The notes beneath the pieces were generated by a model. The model searched no databases and was not told where the DNA came from. It saw only the letters and a list, made by a program, of their open reading frames with translations. 64,000 bases of DNA from Candidatus Aenigmatarchaeota archaeon (lineage in GTDB: Archaea > Aenigmatarchaeota > Aenigmatarchaeia > CG10238-14 > SpSt-28). A program made the translations under genes and the position numbers. The stretch is taken from assembly GCA_039000985.1 (NCBI GenBank), contig JAWBMD010000001.1, positions 32,001 to 96,000 of the forward strand, written 5' to 3'. Shown here piece by piece: positions 10,613-20,998 of this stretch; within the stretch, counting starts at the first letter, position 1; each line of letters opens with the position of its first letter.

Positions 10613-13560
10613 ACAAATTTGTAAAAAACTTTATTTCCTTCTATTTCCATTTCATAGCATTCAGTTAAATTATCTTCAAATAAAATATTTCCAGCATTAG
10701 TTTCTTTTTTTATTTTTTCCATATTAGCTTTTATAATATCTAACCAAAAAGATTTATTCTCAAAACAAATGTTTACTTTATCAATAACTTTTAATCCAAC
10801 TCTTTTTCTTCTTTCTTGAATATTTCTTATCAATTCTCTAATAAATGCTTCTTTTTTACATTCTTCTTCAATTATTTTCGGTATAAATAATACAAATTTC
10901 TTTTGTTTTTCTTCAATATAGTTTTCATTTTCAAACTTTCTTGTAATAACTATTTCTTTAATATTACCCATGTTTTTTATTATATTTTCATATTTTTTGA
11001 AAAATTGCTCAATTTTTTTGCTTTTTGTTAGAACTATTAATTCTTTTACCGGCCATCTAAGTTTTATTTTTGCTCTTTCTCTTAATGAAAGTATTAGATT
11101 AATTATTTCTTTTACAGCTTCTATATTCTTTTCCAAATTTTTATTTATTAGTTTTTTATCAGCTTTCGGATAACTTTCTTCAAATATTGATTCTTTTTTA
11201 TCTAAAGCAATTTCTTGATATATTTTTTCTGTTATGAACGGACAAATTGGTGCTAAAAGCTTAATTAAGTTAATTATAACATAATACATTGTAGAAAGTG
11301 CAGCATTTTTTGTTTTTTCTTCACTATAAATCCACGCCCTATCTCTAATTTTTTTAATGTAAAATCTACTAAAATCGTTAACTGCAAAGTTTAAAAATTC
11401 CTTCCCAGCTTTGTGAAACTCAAAATTTTTCATGTATTTATTGAAGTTGTTTATTAATGTATTTATTTTTGATAAAATCCAATAATCTTCTATTTCTAAA
11501 TTTTCCAATGAAAATTTCCAATTTTCTGTTTTGTAAGTTTTGAAAAATTCAATGCAATTTAAAAATATATTAAATTGTTTTTTTAACTCTTCGATTGTTT
11601 TAAAGCTAAAGTTTTGTTGTTCCCAAGGAGCATTTCCATAGCAATAGTAAAGTCTTAATAAATCAGCTCCAACTTTTTCTAAAGCATCTTTTCCATCAAT
11701 AACATTTCCTTTGCTTTTACTCATTTTTTCTCCAAATTCATCTAAAACCCAGCCATTCATACAAACGGTTTTAAAAGGTCTTTTATTTATAAAGGCAATA
11801 GAAACAAACATCAATGTATAAAACCAACCTCTTATTTGATCTTGGCTTTCATCTATTAGGTCAGCAATTTTTGTTTTTTTAGTTAAGAATGGATATCCAA
11901 GTGAAGCGAATGTTGCTGCTCCACTATCATACCAAACATCAAATATATCTGGAATTCTTTTTGCATTATTTCCACATTTATCGCATTTCAAAATAATTTT
12001 ATCAACAAAATGTTTATGTAAATCTAAATTACTTTCATCAATTTTTTCTATTGATTTTTCCATTAATTCTTTTATACTTCCAGCAACAATTTTTTCTCCA
12101 CATTTTTCGCATATCCAAATTGGTATTGGTATTCCCCAAAATCTTTGTCTAGATATGCACCAATCTATAGCATTTCTTACCCAGTTTTTAAAACTTTCTT
12201 TTGCAAATCTTGGTAACCATCTAACTTTATCGCTTTCTAAAAGCATTTTTTCTTTTATTTCATCTACAGAAATAAACCATTGTTTTGTTAATCTGAATAT
12301 TAAAGGAGATTTACATCTCCAACACAAAGGATAGGAATGAACTACATAATCAGAATAAAGTAGCAAATTATTACTTTTAAGTTTTTCTATTATTAGTTTG
12401 TCAGCATCCTTAACAAAAATATCTTTAAATTCTCCAGCATCTTCATCAAATTTACCATCGTTTTTTACTGGGGAAATAGCTGGTAGATTATAATGTTGAG
12501 CAATATAATAATCTTCTTGTCCATGACCAGGAGCTACATGTACACAACCAGAACCTTCTTCAACATTTACAAAATCAAAAAATTCACTTTTCATTTCGGC
12601 ATATTTCTCTAGAATACCATGTTTATATGATTTTGATTTTAATACTGGGATAGACATTATGATTTTTCTAAAGTTTATTTTTTGTTGAGCAGGACAATTA
12701 ATTACAGGGAGGTATTCTAAACCATCTAAGTTTTTACCTTCAAAAATATCAACGATTTTATATTGCTCTGTTTTCAGCAATTCTTTAAATACATATTCTA
12801 CTCTTTTTTCAGCTAATATAATTTTTTCATCATTATACTCAACTTTAACATATTTTTCATTTGGATGAACAGCTATTGCGACATTACTTATTAATGTCCA
12901 GGGGGTTGTTGTAAATACTAAAATAAATTCTTTTTCTTTGTTTTTTATAGGAAATTTAACAAATATATATGGATCTGAAACATCAGCATAACTATCTGTA
13001 ACTTCATAACCAGATAAAGCTGTTTCGCATCTTGGGCACCAAAAATAAGCTCTTTCGCCAAAATATACTAAACCTTTTTCGAAAATTTTTTTGAAAATAA
13101 ACCAGCATGATTGAATATAATTATTATCTAAAGTCAAATAAGGTTTAAAATATCCACGCCAAGCACCAAGTTGTTTATATAGTTCCAACCATATATTTTC
13201 ATTTCCTCTAGCTTTTTGCTTGCACAATTCTATAAATTTTTCTATACCAAGCTCCTCTATATCTTTTTTGCTTTTTAATCCAAGCTCCCTTTCAACTATG
13301 TTTTCTATGGGTAAGCCATGGCAATCAAATCCAGGTTGAAATATTACATTGAATCCTTTCATTAAATAAAACTTACTCCATATATCCTTCAAAGTTGTTG
13401 TTTTCACATTTCCAACATGAGGACTAGCATTAACATATGGTGGTCCATCCAATAAGAAAAATGTTTTTTTACCTTTTTTAAATTTTGTAAGTTTTTCTAT
13501 AATTCTATTTTTTTCCCAATATTCTTTTACCTCTGCTTCTACTTTTTTTAGGTCTAACAT
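10609..13560 (-). CDS. ileS: Isoleucine--tRNA ligase
   Basis: DGPPY, GFDCHGLP, TTTPWTL, WCISRQRFWG, DQIRGWF, KMSKS. Confidence 0.97.
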   Translation of the reverse strand: MLDLKKVEAEVKEYWEKNRIIEKLTKFKKGKKTFFLLDGPPYVNASPHVGNVKTTTLKDIWSKFYLMKGFNVIFQPGFDCHGLPIENIVERELGLKSKKDIEELGIEKFIELCKQKARGNENIWLELYKQLGAWRGYFKPYLTLDNNYIQSCWFIFKKIFEKGLVYFGERAYFWCPRCETALSGYEVTDSYADVSDPYIFVKFPIKNKEKEFILVFTTTPWTLISNVAIAVHPNEKYVKVEYNDEKIILAEKRVEYVFKELLKTEQYKIVDIFEGKNLDGLEYLPVINCPAQQKINFRKIIMSIPVLKSKSYKHGILEKYAEMKSEFFDFVNVEEGSGCVHVAPGHGQEDYYIAQHYNLPAISPVKNDGKFDEDAGEFKDIFVKDADKLIIEKLKSNNLLLYSDYVVHSYPLCWRCKSPLIFRLTKQWFISVDEIKEKMLLESDKVRWLPRFAKESFKNWVRNAIDWCISRQRFWGIPIPIWICEKCGEKIVAGSIKELMEKSIEKIDESNLDLHKHFVDKIILKCDKCGNNAKRIPDIFDVWYDSGAATFASLGYPFLTKKTKIADLIDESQDQIRGWFYTLMFVSIAFINKRPFKTVCMNGWVLDEFGEKMSKSKGNVIDGKDALEKVGADLLRLYYCYGNAPWEQQNFSFKTIEELKKQFNIFLNCIEFFKTYKTENWKFSLENLEIEDYWILSKINTLINNFNKYMKNFEFHKAGKEFLNFAVNDFSRFYIKKIRDRAWIYSEEKTKNAALSTMYYVIINLIKLLAPICPFITEKIYQEIALDKKESIFEESYPKADKKLINKNLEKNIEAVKEIINLILSLRERAKIKLRWPVKELIVLTKSKKIEQFFKKYENIIKNMGNIKEIVITRKFENENYIEEKQKKFVLFIPKIIEEECKKEAFIRELIRNIQERRKRVGLKVIDKVNICFENKSFWLDIIKANMEKIKKETNAGNILFEDNLTECYEMEIEGNKVFYKFV

Positions 13561-14098
13561 TTTTTCTAGTTGAATAAATACTACTTACTATAAATTTTCT
13601 TATATTTATTTCAGATTCTAAAAGCAATGTATAAATTGCTCCGTAAAATGATAAAAAAGCAATTATGGTTATAAAAATAATAATTATTCCACTCAATGCA
13701 GGACTTATGGATTCTAAAAAATCTTTAAACAGCCAAAAAAGAAAAACTGAAAATATAATAAAAATTATTACTTTTATAGAGCGTCTCAATCTATTTATCG
13801 AGGAAGTTTTCTTTATATTTAAAAAATATGAAGAAATACCAGAAACAGCATCACTTATTTCATTCATTTCCCTTATTGTTAAAACTAAAATTGATGCAGA
13901 AATAACTGTAGCTATAAAGCTTATTATGTTAGATACTTGTATGTTTGCTAATGGTGGCAATTCTCTAGAAAGTGGAATAAAAACAAATTTTGAGAATAAA
14001 AGAACTATACTAAAAAATATGCATAACAATATGAATTTTGGTAACGATCTTCTTAGCTTGATTATAGAGATGAAATAAAGCCTTTCTAAGTTTTTCAT
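13505..14098 (-). CDS. Hypothetical membrane protein (about 4 TM)
   Basis: Four hydrophobic stretches; 3' end overlaps the ileS start. Confidence 0.6.
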   Translation of the reverse strand: MKNLERLYFISIIKLRRSLPKFILLCIFFSIVLLFSKFVFIPLSRELPPLANIQVSNIISFIATVISASILVLTIREMNEISDAVSGISSYFLNIKKTSSINRLRRSIKVIIFIIFSVFLFWLFKDFLESISPALSGIIIIFITIIAFLSFYGAIYTLLLESEINIRKFIVSSIYSTRKNVRPKKSRSRGKRILGKK

Positions 14099-14125
14099 AA
14101 AATTAATAAAAACTAAATAAAATTA

Positions 14126-14794
14126 ATGCCTATATTTGGTAAAAAAGAAGTAAAGAAGGGGAAGGGTATTATACCAACGGATAGAGTTAAGGACCTATCC
14201 TCTAAAGGATTTTCTGAGCCAGAAATAATAGATATTTTAAGAAGGGAGGGATATAGCCCAGAAGAAATAGATAAAGCTTTGGGAGAGGCAATAAAGTCAG
14301 CTATAGAAAAAGAAGAAAAGAGAGAAGAAGTAAAGGAACCATTGTCTCAACTCACTCCATTACCAACTTCTCCAGTTCCTCCAGCACCAGCTCCGTTAAA
14401 GGAACTCGAGTCTCTTTTTGGAGCAAAGGGAGAGGTTACTGCATTAGAGGTTCCTGAAACGTCTCTTCCTTCTCCAGCAAGAGCTTTAACAGAAGAATAT
14501 ATTGAATATATTATTGATCAAAAGCTAATAGAGGTTTATCAAAGGTTTGAAGATATTTATTATAGAATTGAGGAAATAGAAAAAGCAATGAAAGAAATGA
14601 ATGAAAGTATATCAGAAATAGCTAGAAAGAAAGTATTAGAAAGTGAAGAATTAACTAGAAGATTTGAAAACTTTTCAGAAAGTATGCAAACTATAACTGG
14701 AAGAGTAGGTAGCTTAGAAAAAGCATTTAAAGAAACTTTACCATCATTAGTTGAAGCTATAAGAAATTTGAACGAATCACTGAGAAAGAAATAA
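14126..14794 (+). CDS. Hypothetical protein: helical N-domain, Pro-rich linker, coiled coil
   Basis: KGFSEPEII..LRREGYSPEEIDKAL N-domain, PLPTSPVPPAPAP linker, heptad-rich C-terminal half. Confidence 0.7.
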   Translation: MPIFGKKEVKKGKGIIPTDRVKDLSSKGFSEPEIIDILRREGYSPEEIDKALGEAIKSAIEKEEKREEVKEPLSQLTPLPTSPVPPAPAPLKELESLFGAKGEVTALEVPETSLPSPARALTEEYIEYIIDQKLIEVYQRFEDIYYRIEEIEKAMKEMNESISEIARKKVLESEELTRRFENFSESMQTITGRVGSLEKAFKETLPSLVEAIRNLNESLRKK

Positions 14795-16021
14795 ATGGGA
14801 ATAGATCCCAGATTAATATCTAGAACAAACATTGGTGTTTTTGGTCATGTTGCTCATGGAAAAAGTACTTTGGTTAATGCTATTACTGGTATTTCTACTT
14901 TAAGGTATTCTGAAGAAATGGAAAGGGGAATAACAATAAAGCTTGGTTATGCAGATGCTAGAATTTATAAGTGTAAAAGTTGTGAAAAATATTCAACAAG
15001 CGAAAAATGTCCATATTGTTTTTCTGAAACAGAATTGATAAGAACTGTTAGTTTTGTAGATTCACCAGGTCATGAAAGCTTGATGTCGGTAGCTATAACT
15101 GGAGCATCTATAATAAATGGTGCTATTTTAGTAATAGCTGCTAATGAAAAATGTCCTAGACCGCAAACAAGAGAACATTTAATAGCTTTGCAAGCAGCCA
15201 ATATAGAAAAAGTAATTGTTGTTCAAAACAAAATAGATTGTGTTACTAAAGAAAGAGCATTAGAAAATTATAAAGAAATAAAAGATTTTCTTAAAGGAAC
15301 AATTTATGAAAATTCTCCAATAATACCAATTTCTGCACAAGAAAAAATAAACATAGATAAAGTTTTGGAGCTTATAGTTAAAGAAATTCAAGAGTGTGAA
15401 GATAGTAAAACCAATGATTTCAAAATGTATGTTGTAAGAAGTTTTGATATAAATAAGCCAGGTTCAATAGCGGAAAATATAAAAGGTGGAGTTTTAGGTG
15501 GTTGTATAAATAGAGGTATAATAAAAAAATTTGATGAAATAAAGATTTTGCCAGGTATAAAAATTGAAGGGAAATATAAAGCTTTAAAAACTAGGGTTGA
15601 AAACATAAAAAAATCTAATATTAGTTTAGATGAAGCTGGTGCCGGTGGTTTAGTAGGAATATTAACAACTTTAGATCCATCTTTAACTAAATCTGATAAT
15701 TTGGCTGGGAGTATTGTTATACCTTCTAATAAAAATGTTGAAATGAAGGAAGAAGCTATTATTAAATATAAATTATTTGAAAGAGTAATGGGAATTGTTG
15801 ATGAAAGAATTGTTGAACCAATTAAAAATGGAGAAAATTTACTTTTAAATATTGGGGTTATAAAAAACATTGGAAAAGTTATTAATTGTGATAAAGAAAT
15901 TTTAAAAGTTAAGCTTTCTATACCAACATTTTATGAAGAGGATGATAAAGTTACAATTTTAAGATTAATAGAAGGAAAATGGAGGCTTATTGGTTATGGT
16001 TCTTTAGTAGAAGCTAAATAG
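14795..16021 (+). CDS. eif2g: Translation initiation factor aIF2 gamma subunit
   Basis: GHVAHGKST, RGITIKLGYA, Zn ribbon, DSPGHE, NKID, WRLIGYG. Confidence 0.96.
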   Translation: MGIDPRLISRTNIGVFGHVAHGKSTLVNAITGISTLRYSEEMERGITIKLGYADARIYKCKSCEKYSTSEKCPYCFSETELIRTVSFVDSPGHESLMSVAITGASIINGAILVIAANEKCPRPQTREHLIALQAANIEKVIVVQNKIDCVTKERALENYKEIKDFLKGTIYENSPIIPISAQEKINIDKVLELIVKEIQECEDSKTNDFKMYVVRSFDINKPGSIAENIKGGVLGGCINRGIIKKFDEIKILPGIKIEGKYKALKTRVENIKKSNISLDEAGAGGLVGILTTLDPSLTKSDNLAGSIVIPSNKNVEMKEEAIIKYKLFERVMGIVDERIVEPIKNGENLLLNIGVIKNIGKVINCDKEILKVKLSIPTFYEEDDKVTILRLIEGKWRLIGYGSLVEAK

Positions 16022-16056
16022 CTTGATTTTTATTTAACTAAATTTAAATAAATTTT

Positions 16057-16407
16057 ATGAAAGGAGTTAGTGAAGTAGTAGCTATGGTTATGATGTTAGT
16101 AATAACTTTAGCATTAGCAGGAACTGCCTATGTTTTTATAAGTCGTACATTTACAGTACAAACACAAGGTATACAATTAGACGAGGCGTCTTGTTTTGAT
16201 GGTAGTGTTACTCTGATATACCGAAATATTGGAGATCAAACATTAACAGTCAATGTCTTCAAGGGCAACACACCGATTGATACAAGGTTGGTATTTCCAG
16301 GTAGAACAAACATAACAACAGACAGTTGTGGTACAGGAAATATATGTAGATATAGGATAGTACCGAGTGTAGGTAAAACAGTTACAACAACGGTTCAATG
16401 CATATAG
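16057..16407 (+). CDS. Archaeal type IV pilin
   Basis: Class III signal peptide MKG/VSEVVAMVMMLVITLALAG. Confidence 0.88.
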   Translation: MKGVSEVVAMVMMLVITLALAGTAYVFISRTFTVQTQGIQLDEASCFDGSVTLIYRNIGDQTLTVNVFKGNTPIDTRLVFPGRTNITTDSCGTGNICRYRIVPSVGKTVTTTVQCI

Positions 16408-16745
16408 AGCTTTTGCTTTTATTAGTAATATTAACTTCTTTACTTTTTCTATTTCTTTATAATATAAGTAGTTCTGGATTAGAAACTGTAAAAATTAATG
16501 ATATAAACGGAAGTTTTTTAGGGAAAAAGATTGTTGCAGAAGGTAAAGTAAAAAATATAAGAAATTATAAAGGTCACTATTTTTTAGAGTTTTACAATAG
16601 CAATATAACTGTTGTTTTTTTCAAAAATAATGTTAATGAGAAAGTAGTTAGTTTAACAGCTAATAAAGAAGTTAAAGTAATTGGTATTGTTAGCATGTAT
16701 AAAAATAATTTAGAAATAATAGGTGAAGATATAATTTATGTTTAA
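16398..16745 (+). CDS. Membrane-anchored OB-fold protein
   Basis: N-terminal TM, then a VAEGKV...VKVIGIV..Y...LEI OB-fold pattern. Confidence 0.7.
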   Translation: MHIELLLLLVILTSLLFLFLYNISSSGLETVKINDINGSFLGKKIVAEGKVKNIRNYKGHYFLEFYNSNITVVFFKNNVNEKVVSLTANKEVKVIGIVSMYKNNLEIIGEDIIYV

Positions 16746-17952
16746 TTTTTTTCTTTCACTAGTTTTTGGAATAATAGTTGGTTGTGTTGCTGGTTTGCTT
16801 CCCGGCTTGCATACAAACAATTTATTACCAATAGTTTTTTCACTTTCTTTACTTGGTGGAGAAAATGGTGTAATATTTATTTCTTCAATGGTTGCTTCTC
16901 AATTAATTTTTAACTTTTTAATTGCTACTTTTTTTGGTGCTGCAGACGATGAAGCAAATTCTTTAGCTTCTTTACCTTCACATAGATTATTGATAAAGGG
17001 AGAGGGAATGAAATCTGTTGTTAGCTTGATTTATGGTTCTTTATTAGGTTTTTTGTTTTCAATAGTTTTGCTTGTAATTTTTTTCAATTATATTAAGCCA
17101 ATTTATACTTATTCAAGAAGCATAATAGTTTTTGTAATAATATTTGTTGTTAGCTATTTAATTTTACTAGAAAGAGAAATTGGTAAAATATTTAAATCAT
17201 TTTTAATTTTCATTATCTCTGGAATTTTTGGAATTTTGGTATTAAATGGATTGAACATTCCAGAGGAAAGCAAACTATTACCATGTTTTACAGGTTTATT
17301 TGGTATAAGTTCTTTATTAACAAGTATTTATACAAAAACAAAGCTACAAAAGCAAAAAACTGATTTTAATTTAGGTTTAAATAAGATAAACATATTAAAA
17401 GCATCTTTTGCTGGTAGTATAGCTGGGTTTTTAGTAGGTTTATTACCAGGAATTGGGGTAGCACAAGGAATTATTTTAGTATCAAGCTTTTTTAAAATTT
17501 CTAATCCTGTAGGGTTTTTATTAGTACAGGGTTCTGTTGCTTCTAGCGATAATATATTTTCAACAGCTGCAGTTTACTTAATAGGTAATCCTAGAAGTGG
17601 AGCAAGTGTTTATTTAGAAAGAATTGTTGATAAGTTAGAAATAAAGCATCTTTTTTTAGTTTTATTTTCTTTTGGTATTTCATTAGCTTTATCTTCATTT
17701 TTCGTTTTTAAACTATCACCTTTAGTTTTTAAGTTAATAGAAAAAATTGATTATAAAACAGTTAATATTTCAGTAATATCTTTTTTAGTTTTCATAGTTT
17801 TTATTTTTTCTGGTTTTATTGGTTTATATTTACTTTTCATTGCTACATTAATTGGTTTTTTAAATATTAAGTTTAATGTAAATAGAAGCTTTTCAATGGG
17901 ATTTTTAATTTTACCAACTATTTTATTTTTCTTTAACTACTTTTACATATAA
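16738..17952 (+). CDS. TctA/DUF112-family multi-pass membrane protein
   Basis: GLLPGLHTN, LPSHRLL..GEG, second GLLPGIG, GNPRSG. Confidence 0.85.
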   Translation: MFNFFLSLVFGIIVGCVAGLLPGLHTNNLLPIVFSLSLLGGENGVIFISSMVASQLIFNFLIATFFGAADDEANSLASLPSHRLLIKGEGMKSVVSLIYGSLLGFLFSIVLLVIFFNYIKPIYTYSRSIIVFVIIFVVSYLILLEREIGKIFKSFLIFIISGIFGILVLNGLNIPEESKLLPCFTGLFGISSLLTSIYTKTKLQKQKTDFNLGLNKINILKASFAGSIAGFLVGLLPGIGVAQGIILVSSFFKISNPVGFLLVQGSVASSDNIFSTAAVYLIGNPRSGASVYLERIVDKLEIKHLFLVLFSFGISLALSSFFVFKLSPLVFKLIEKIDYKTVNISVISFLVFIVFIFSGFIGLYLLFIATLIGFLNIKFNVNRSFSMGFLILPTILFFFNYFYI

Positions 17953-17955
17953 ATT

Positions 17956-19359
17956 ATGGGAAGTCAGGAATTTTTTATAATTATCGGAGTTATAGTTGTT
18001 AGCTTATTATTTTTTTCAATAATTTATTTCAATATAGGAGAAAGAGCTAGAGAAAGTATAAAAAATCAAGTTAAAGCAGAAGCAAGTGAGTTAACTTCTT
18101 TAGTTTACAGAGTTTTTAACGATCCAGCAAAATATTTAAAATATTGTGTACCTGTAAATTTAGCGAATATAACAATAGAAAAAGGAATATTTAAATATGA
18201 GAGACAAGGATTTAGTTTTATCAATGCATTACCACCAAATATTTCCGATGCAACTCTTTCAGATATTACTGATTTTTGTATTGTTAAAACCGATAGCATG
18301 ATAAAAATTTTAGGTACTGCTCCTACTTGTGAAATAGATAGAATTTGTTCAATTGATGAATGTAAAGAAAACTGTATTGATTGTTATGGTCCAGCAAATA
18401 TTTGTATTGGAGATAAGTATTGTAATAAAGAGATTGGTGAAAATTGTGGAAAATCACCAAATGATTGTAGTTGTAATAATTTCGGTTCTGATTACACATG
18501 TTGTCCAGAGGATCCCTCTTCAAACGAATATGGTTGTATTGATAAAACCAGACAAAATAAGAAAAGAGGTGAGGAATGTTTTTGTAGCAATCAATGTGAA
18601 GCAGGTTTAGAATGCAATCCCGTCGCACCTTCTTTTACAAAATACAAAAAAGCTTGTTGTGATCCAGGAAAGGGTTGGAATGGAACTGATTGCACATCTA
18701 TTGAGAAAAAATTGAAAGTACTATTTGTGCCTGTAAATTGGGATAGTGATTTCTCATCATTTGATAGCGTTGCAAAAAATCATTTCGATTTTTTAATAAA
18801 AAATATTCCGTTATCAGCTTGTCCAGAAAAGGCAGAAGCAAAATTTTTACATAATAACTGCAAATTTACTATGACGTGTGATTGTTCCGATCTTTTGAAA
18901 ATCCAACAATGTGCAAGAGCTTCGGGAGAAACTTATGATTATATAATGGGTTTAGAAGATAGTAATGTATGCGATAGTGTGGCTGGATTTTCTTGTGGAT
19001 TTGGTGTTGTTTTTGGAGAATCTCCTTATGTTTTAGTAACTACACACGAATTAGGTCATGAATGGGGGTTAAATGATGAATATATAGATGCATGTAGATG
19101 TGGATTCGGTCTTGTTAATCCAAATGCTAATTGTCTGAGGTCTCGGCTTCATGGAGATGATGCTGTTCCACCCTATACTCGAGATTATTGTAGTGAAAAG
19201 GGAACAAAATGTCCATCAGGATATTCTATAACATGTATGGGAAATCAAAACAAATTGGGTGGAAGAGATATTATGAGTTTTGCTAATGCGCCAGGTCCTC
19301 GTGCTTTTGCAGAAGAAAGCTGGAATTATTTATTAACGGTTCCAATTATAAATTGTTAA
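17956..19359 (+). CDS. Membrane-anchored Cys-rich protein with a C-terminal zincin-type metallopeptidase domain
   Basis: N-terminal TM, Cys-rich middle, HELGHEWGLNDEY zinc motif and a downstream DIMS Met-turn-like segment. Confidence 0.72.
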   Translation: MGSQEFFIIIGVIVVSLLFFSIIYFNIGERARESIKNQVKAEASELTSLVYRVFNDPAKYLKYCVPVNLANITIEKGIFKYERQGFSFINALPPNISDATLSDITDFCIVKTDSMIKILGTAPTCEIDRICSIDECKENCIDCYGPANICIGDKYCNKEIGENCGKSPNDCSCNNFGSDYTCCPEDPSSNEYGCIDKTRQNKKRGEECFCSNQCEAGLECNPVAPSFTKYKKACCDPGKGWNGTDCTSIEKKLKVLFVPVNWDSDFSSFDSVAKNHFDFLIKNIPLSACPEKAEAKFLHNNCKFTMTCDCSDLLKIQQCARASGETYDYIMGLEDSNVCDSVAGFSCGFGVVFGESPYVLVTTHELGHEWGLNDEYIDACRCGFGLVNPNANCLRSRLHGDDAVPPYTRDYCSEKGTKCPSGYSITCMGNQNKLGGRDIMSFANAPGPRAFAEESWNYLLTVPIINC

Positions 19360-19360
19360 A

Positions 19361-20263
19361 ATGGTTAGCAAAAAAATTCTACACTCATTTTTGATTATTT
19401 TCTCATTTTTAATTATTGTACAATTAACTTATGCTGAAACAATTTTATCTTTACAGTTTAATGTATCTAAAGACGATACTGTAATTCTAGAAGAGATAAA
19501 GGTAATGGAGGGAAGATCTACACAATATTTTGTTCCAGGTGATTATAAAATTCAGCTATTAGATAGTGGTAAAGAGGTTATATTTGAAAAATCTATTAAT
19601 ATAGTATTTTTTATACTTTCGGAACCACCAATACCAGTAGATAGTATGATAGTTAGCTTAAGAGTAACTTATAATCCAGATATGAGATATGTTAGGTTAC
19701 TTCATAATGAAAAAGAAATATTTTTCAGTGAAATAATTGTATGTAACAATAATAAAGTATGTGAAGCTTCGGAGAGTTATTTAAGTTGTCCTTCTGATTG
19801 TCCTTTGAATTTACCAGATGGTATATGTATTAAGGATAAAGATGGAATTTGTGATCCAGACTGTGCTCCAAATGTGGACCCAGATTGTATAGAGAAAGTT
19901 TCTATTTGCGGTAACAAGGTTTGTGAAAGTAATGAAACATATCAAAATTGTTGTATAGATTGTGGTTGTCCAAAAGGACTAATCTGTAAAAACAATTTTT
20001 GTATAGAGGATAGATGTGGTAATAAAATTTGTGAAAGTTTTTCTCCATATAACGAAAATTATGTGAATTGTCCGAAGGATTGCCCTTCCGGAAGTAAAGA
20101 TAATTATTGTGATGCCATAGCAGATGGAAAATGTGACCCAGATTGTGAAAAAAATAAAGATATAGATTGTATTAAACCATCAACAACATGGATTTATTTT
20201 TTGATTATTGGTGTAATTGTTGTTTTGGTAATATTTATATTTTTGTTAACAAAAAGGGAATAA
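19361..20263 (+). CDS. Secreted, C-terminally anchored Cys-repeat surface protein
   Basis: Signal peptide; three C(G/N)NxxCE...C units and two DGxCDPDC...DxDC units; C-terminal TM with a basic tail. Confidence 0.75.
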   Translation: MVSKKILHSFLIIFSFLIIVQLTYAETILSLQFNVSKDDTVILEEIKVMEGRSTQYFVPGDYKIQLLDSGKEVIFEKSINIVFFILSEPPIPVDSMIVSLRVTYNPDMRYVRLLHNEKEIFFSEIIVCNNNKVCEASESYLSCPSDCPLNLPDGICIKDKDGICDPDCAPNVDPDCIEKVSICGNKVCESNETYQNCCIDCGCPKGLICKNNFCIEDRCGNKICESFSPYNENYVNCPKDCPSGSKDNYCDAIADGKCDPDCEKNKDIDCIKPSTTWIYFLIIGVIVVLVIFIFLLTKRE

Positions 20264-20299
20264 CCTAATTTATTTTTTAAATATCTTAAAAATACTTTA

Positions 20300-20998
20300 A
20301 TGAAGATAAAAAAGTTACATTCAGATAATGAAAAAATGGTGTTTTTAGTAGATGGAATAGATTATTCTTTTGCAAATGGTTTAAGGAGGATTTTTATGAA
20401 CATGGTACCAACTTTGGCTATAGAATATGTTGATTTTATAGAGAATGACTCTGTTATTAACGATGAGGTGCTTGCTCATAGGTTAGGGTTAATTCCATTA
20501 ACTTTTGAGAAAAATCTTTTGGTAATGAGAGAAGATTGTAGTTGTAAAGGTAAAGGATGTAGCAATTGCATGGTTGAGTTAAGAATAAAAAAGGAAGGTC
20601 CTTGTACTGTTTATTCGAGAGATTTAATATCTTCAGAATCATCTGTAAAACCATTGTATGATAATATAATTATATGTAGATTAGCTTCTGGTATGAAGCT
20701 TGAGCTAATTGCATATGCTTTTTTGGGAATTGGAGAAGAAAGTCCAAAATGGCAAGCATCTTTAGCTACATATGTTAATGTTGTTAAAGAACAAAAAGGC
20801 AAAACAAAGAAATGCTGGACACAAGATTATGGTATTTATTGTGTTGAATGTTTCGAAGATTTAAAAGATATTGAGGTAGAAAAGGATAAGTTTTTGTTTT
20901 ATGTTGAAAGTGTTTCTGGTTTAACTACTGAAAGAGTTGTTGAAGAAGGTTTAGAGTTTGCCAAAAAATATTTAGGAAAAGTTAAAAAAGTTTTATGA
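20300..20998 (+). CDS. rpo3: RNA polymerase subunit Rpo3 (D)
   Basis: ANGLRR, VPTLAIE.V...NDS...DEVLAHRLGLIPL. Confidence 0.95.
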   Translation: MKIKKLHSDNEKMVFLVDGIDYSFANGLRRIFMNMVPTLAIEYVDFIENDSVINDEVLAHRLGLIPLTFEKNLLVMREDCSCKGKGCSNCMVELRIKKEGPCTVYSRDLISSESSVKPLYDNIIICRLASGMKLELIAYAFLGIGEESPKWQASLATYVNVVKEQKGKTKKCWTQDYGIYCVECFEDLKDIEVEKDKFLFYVESVSGLTTERVVEEGLEFAKKYLGKVKKVL

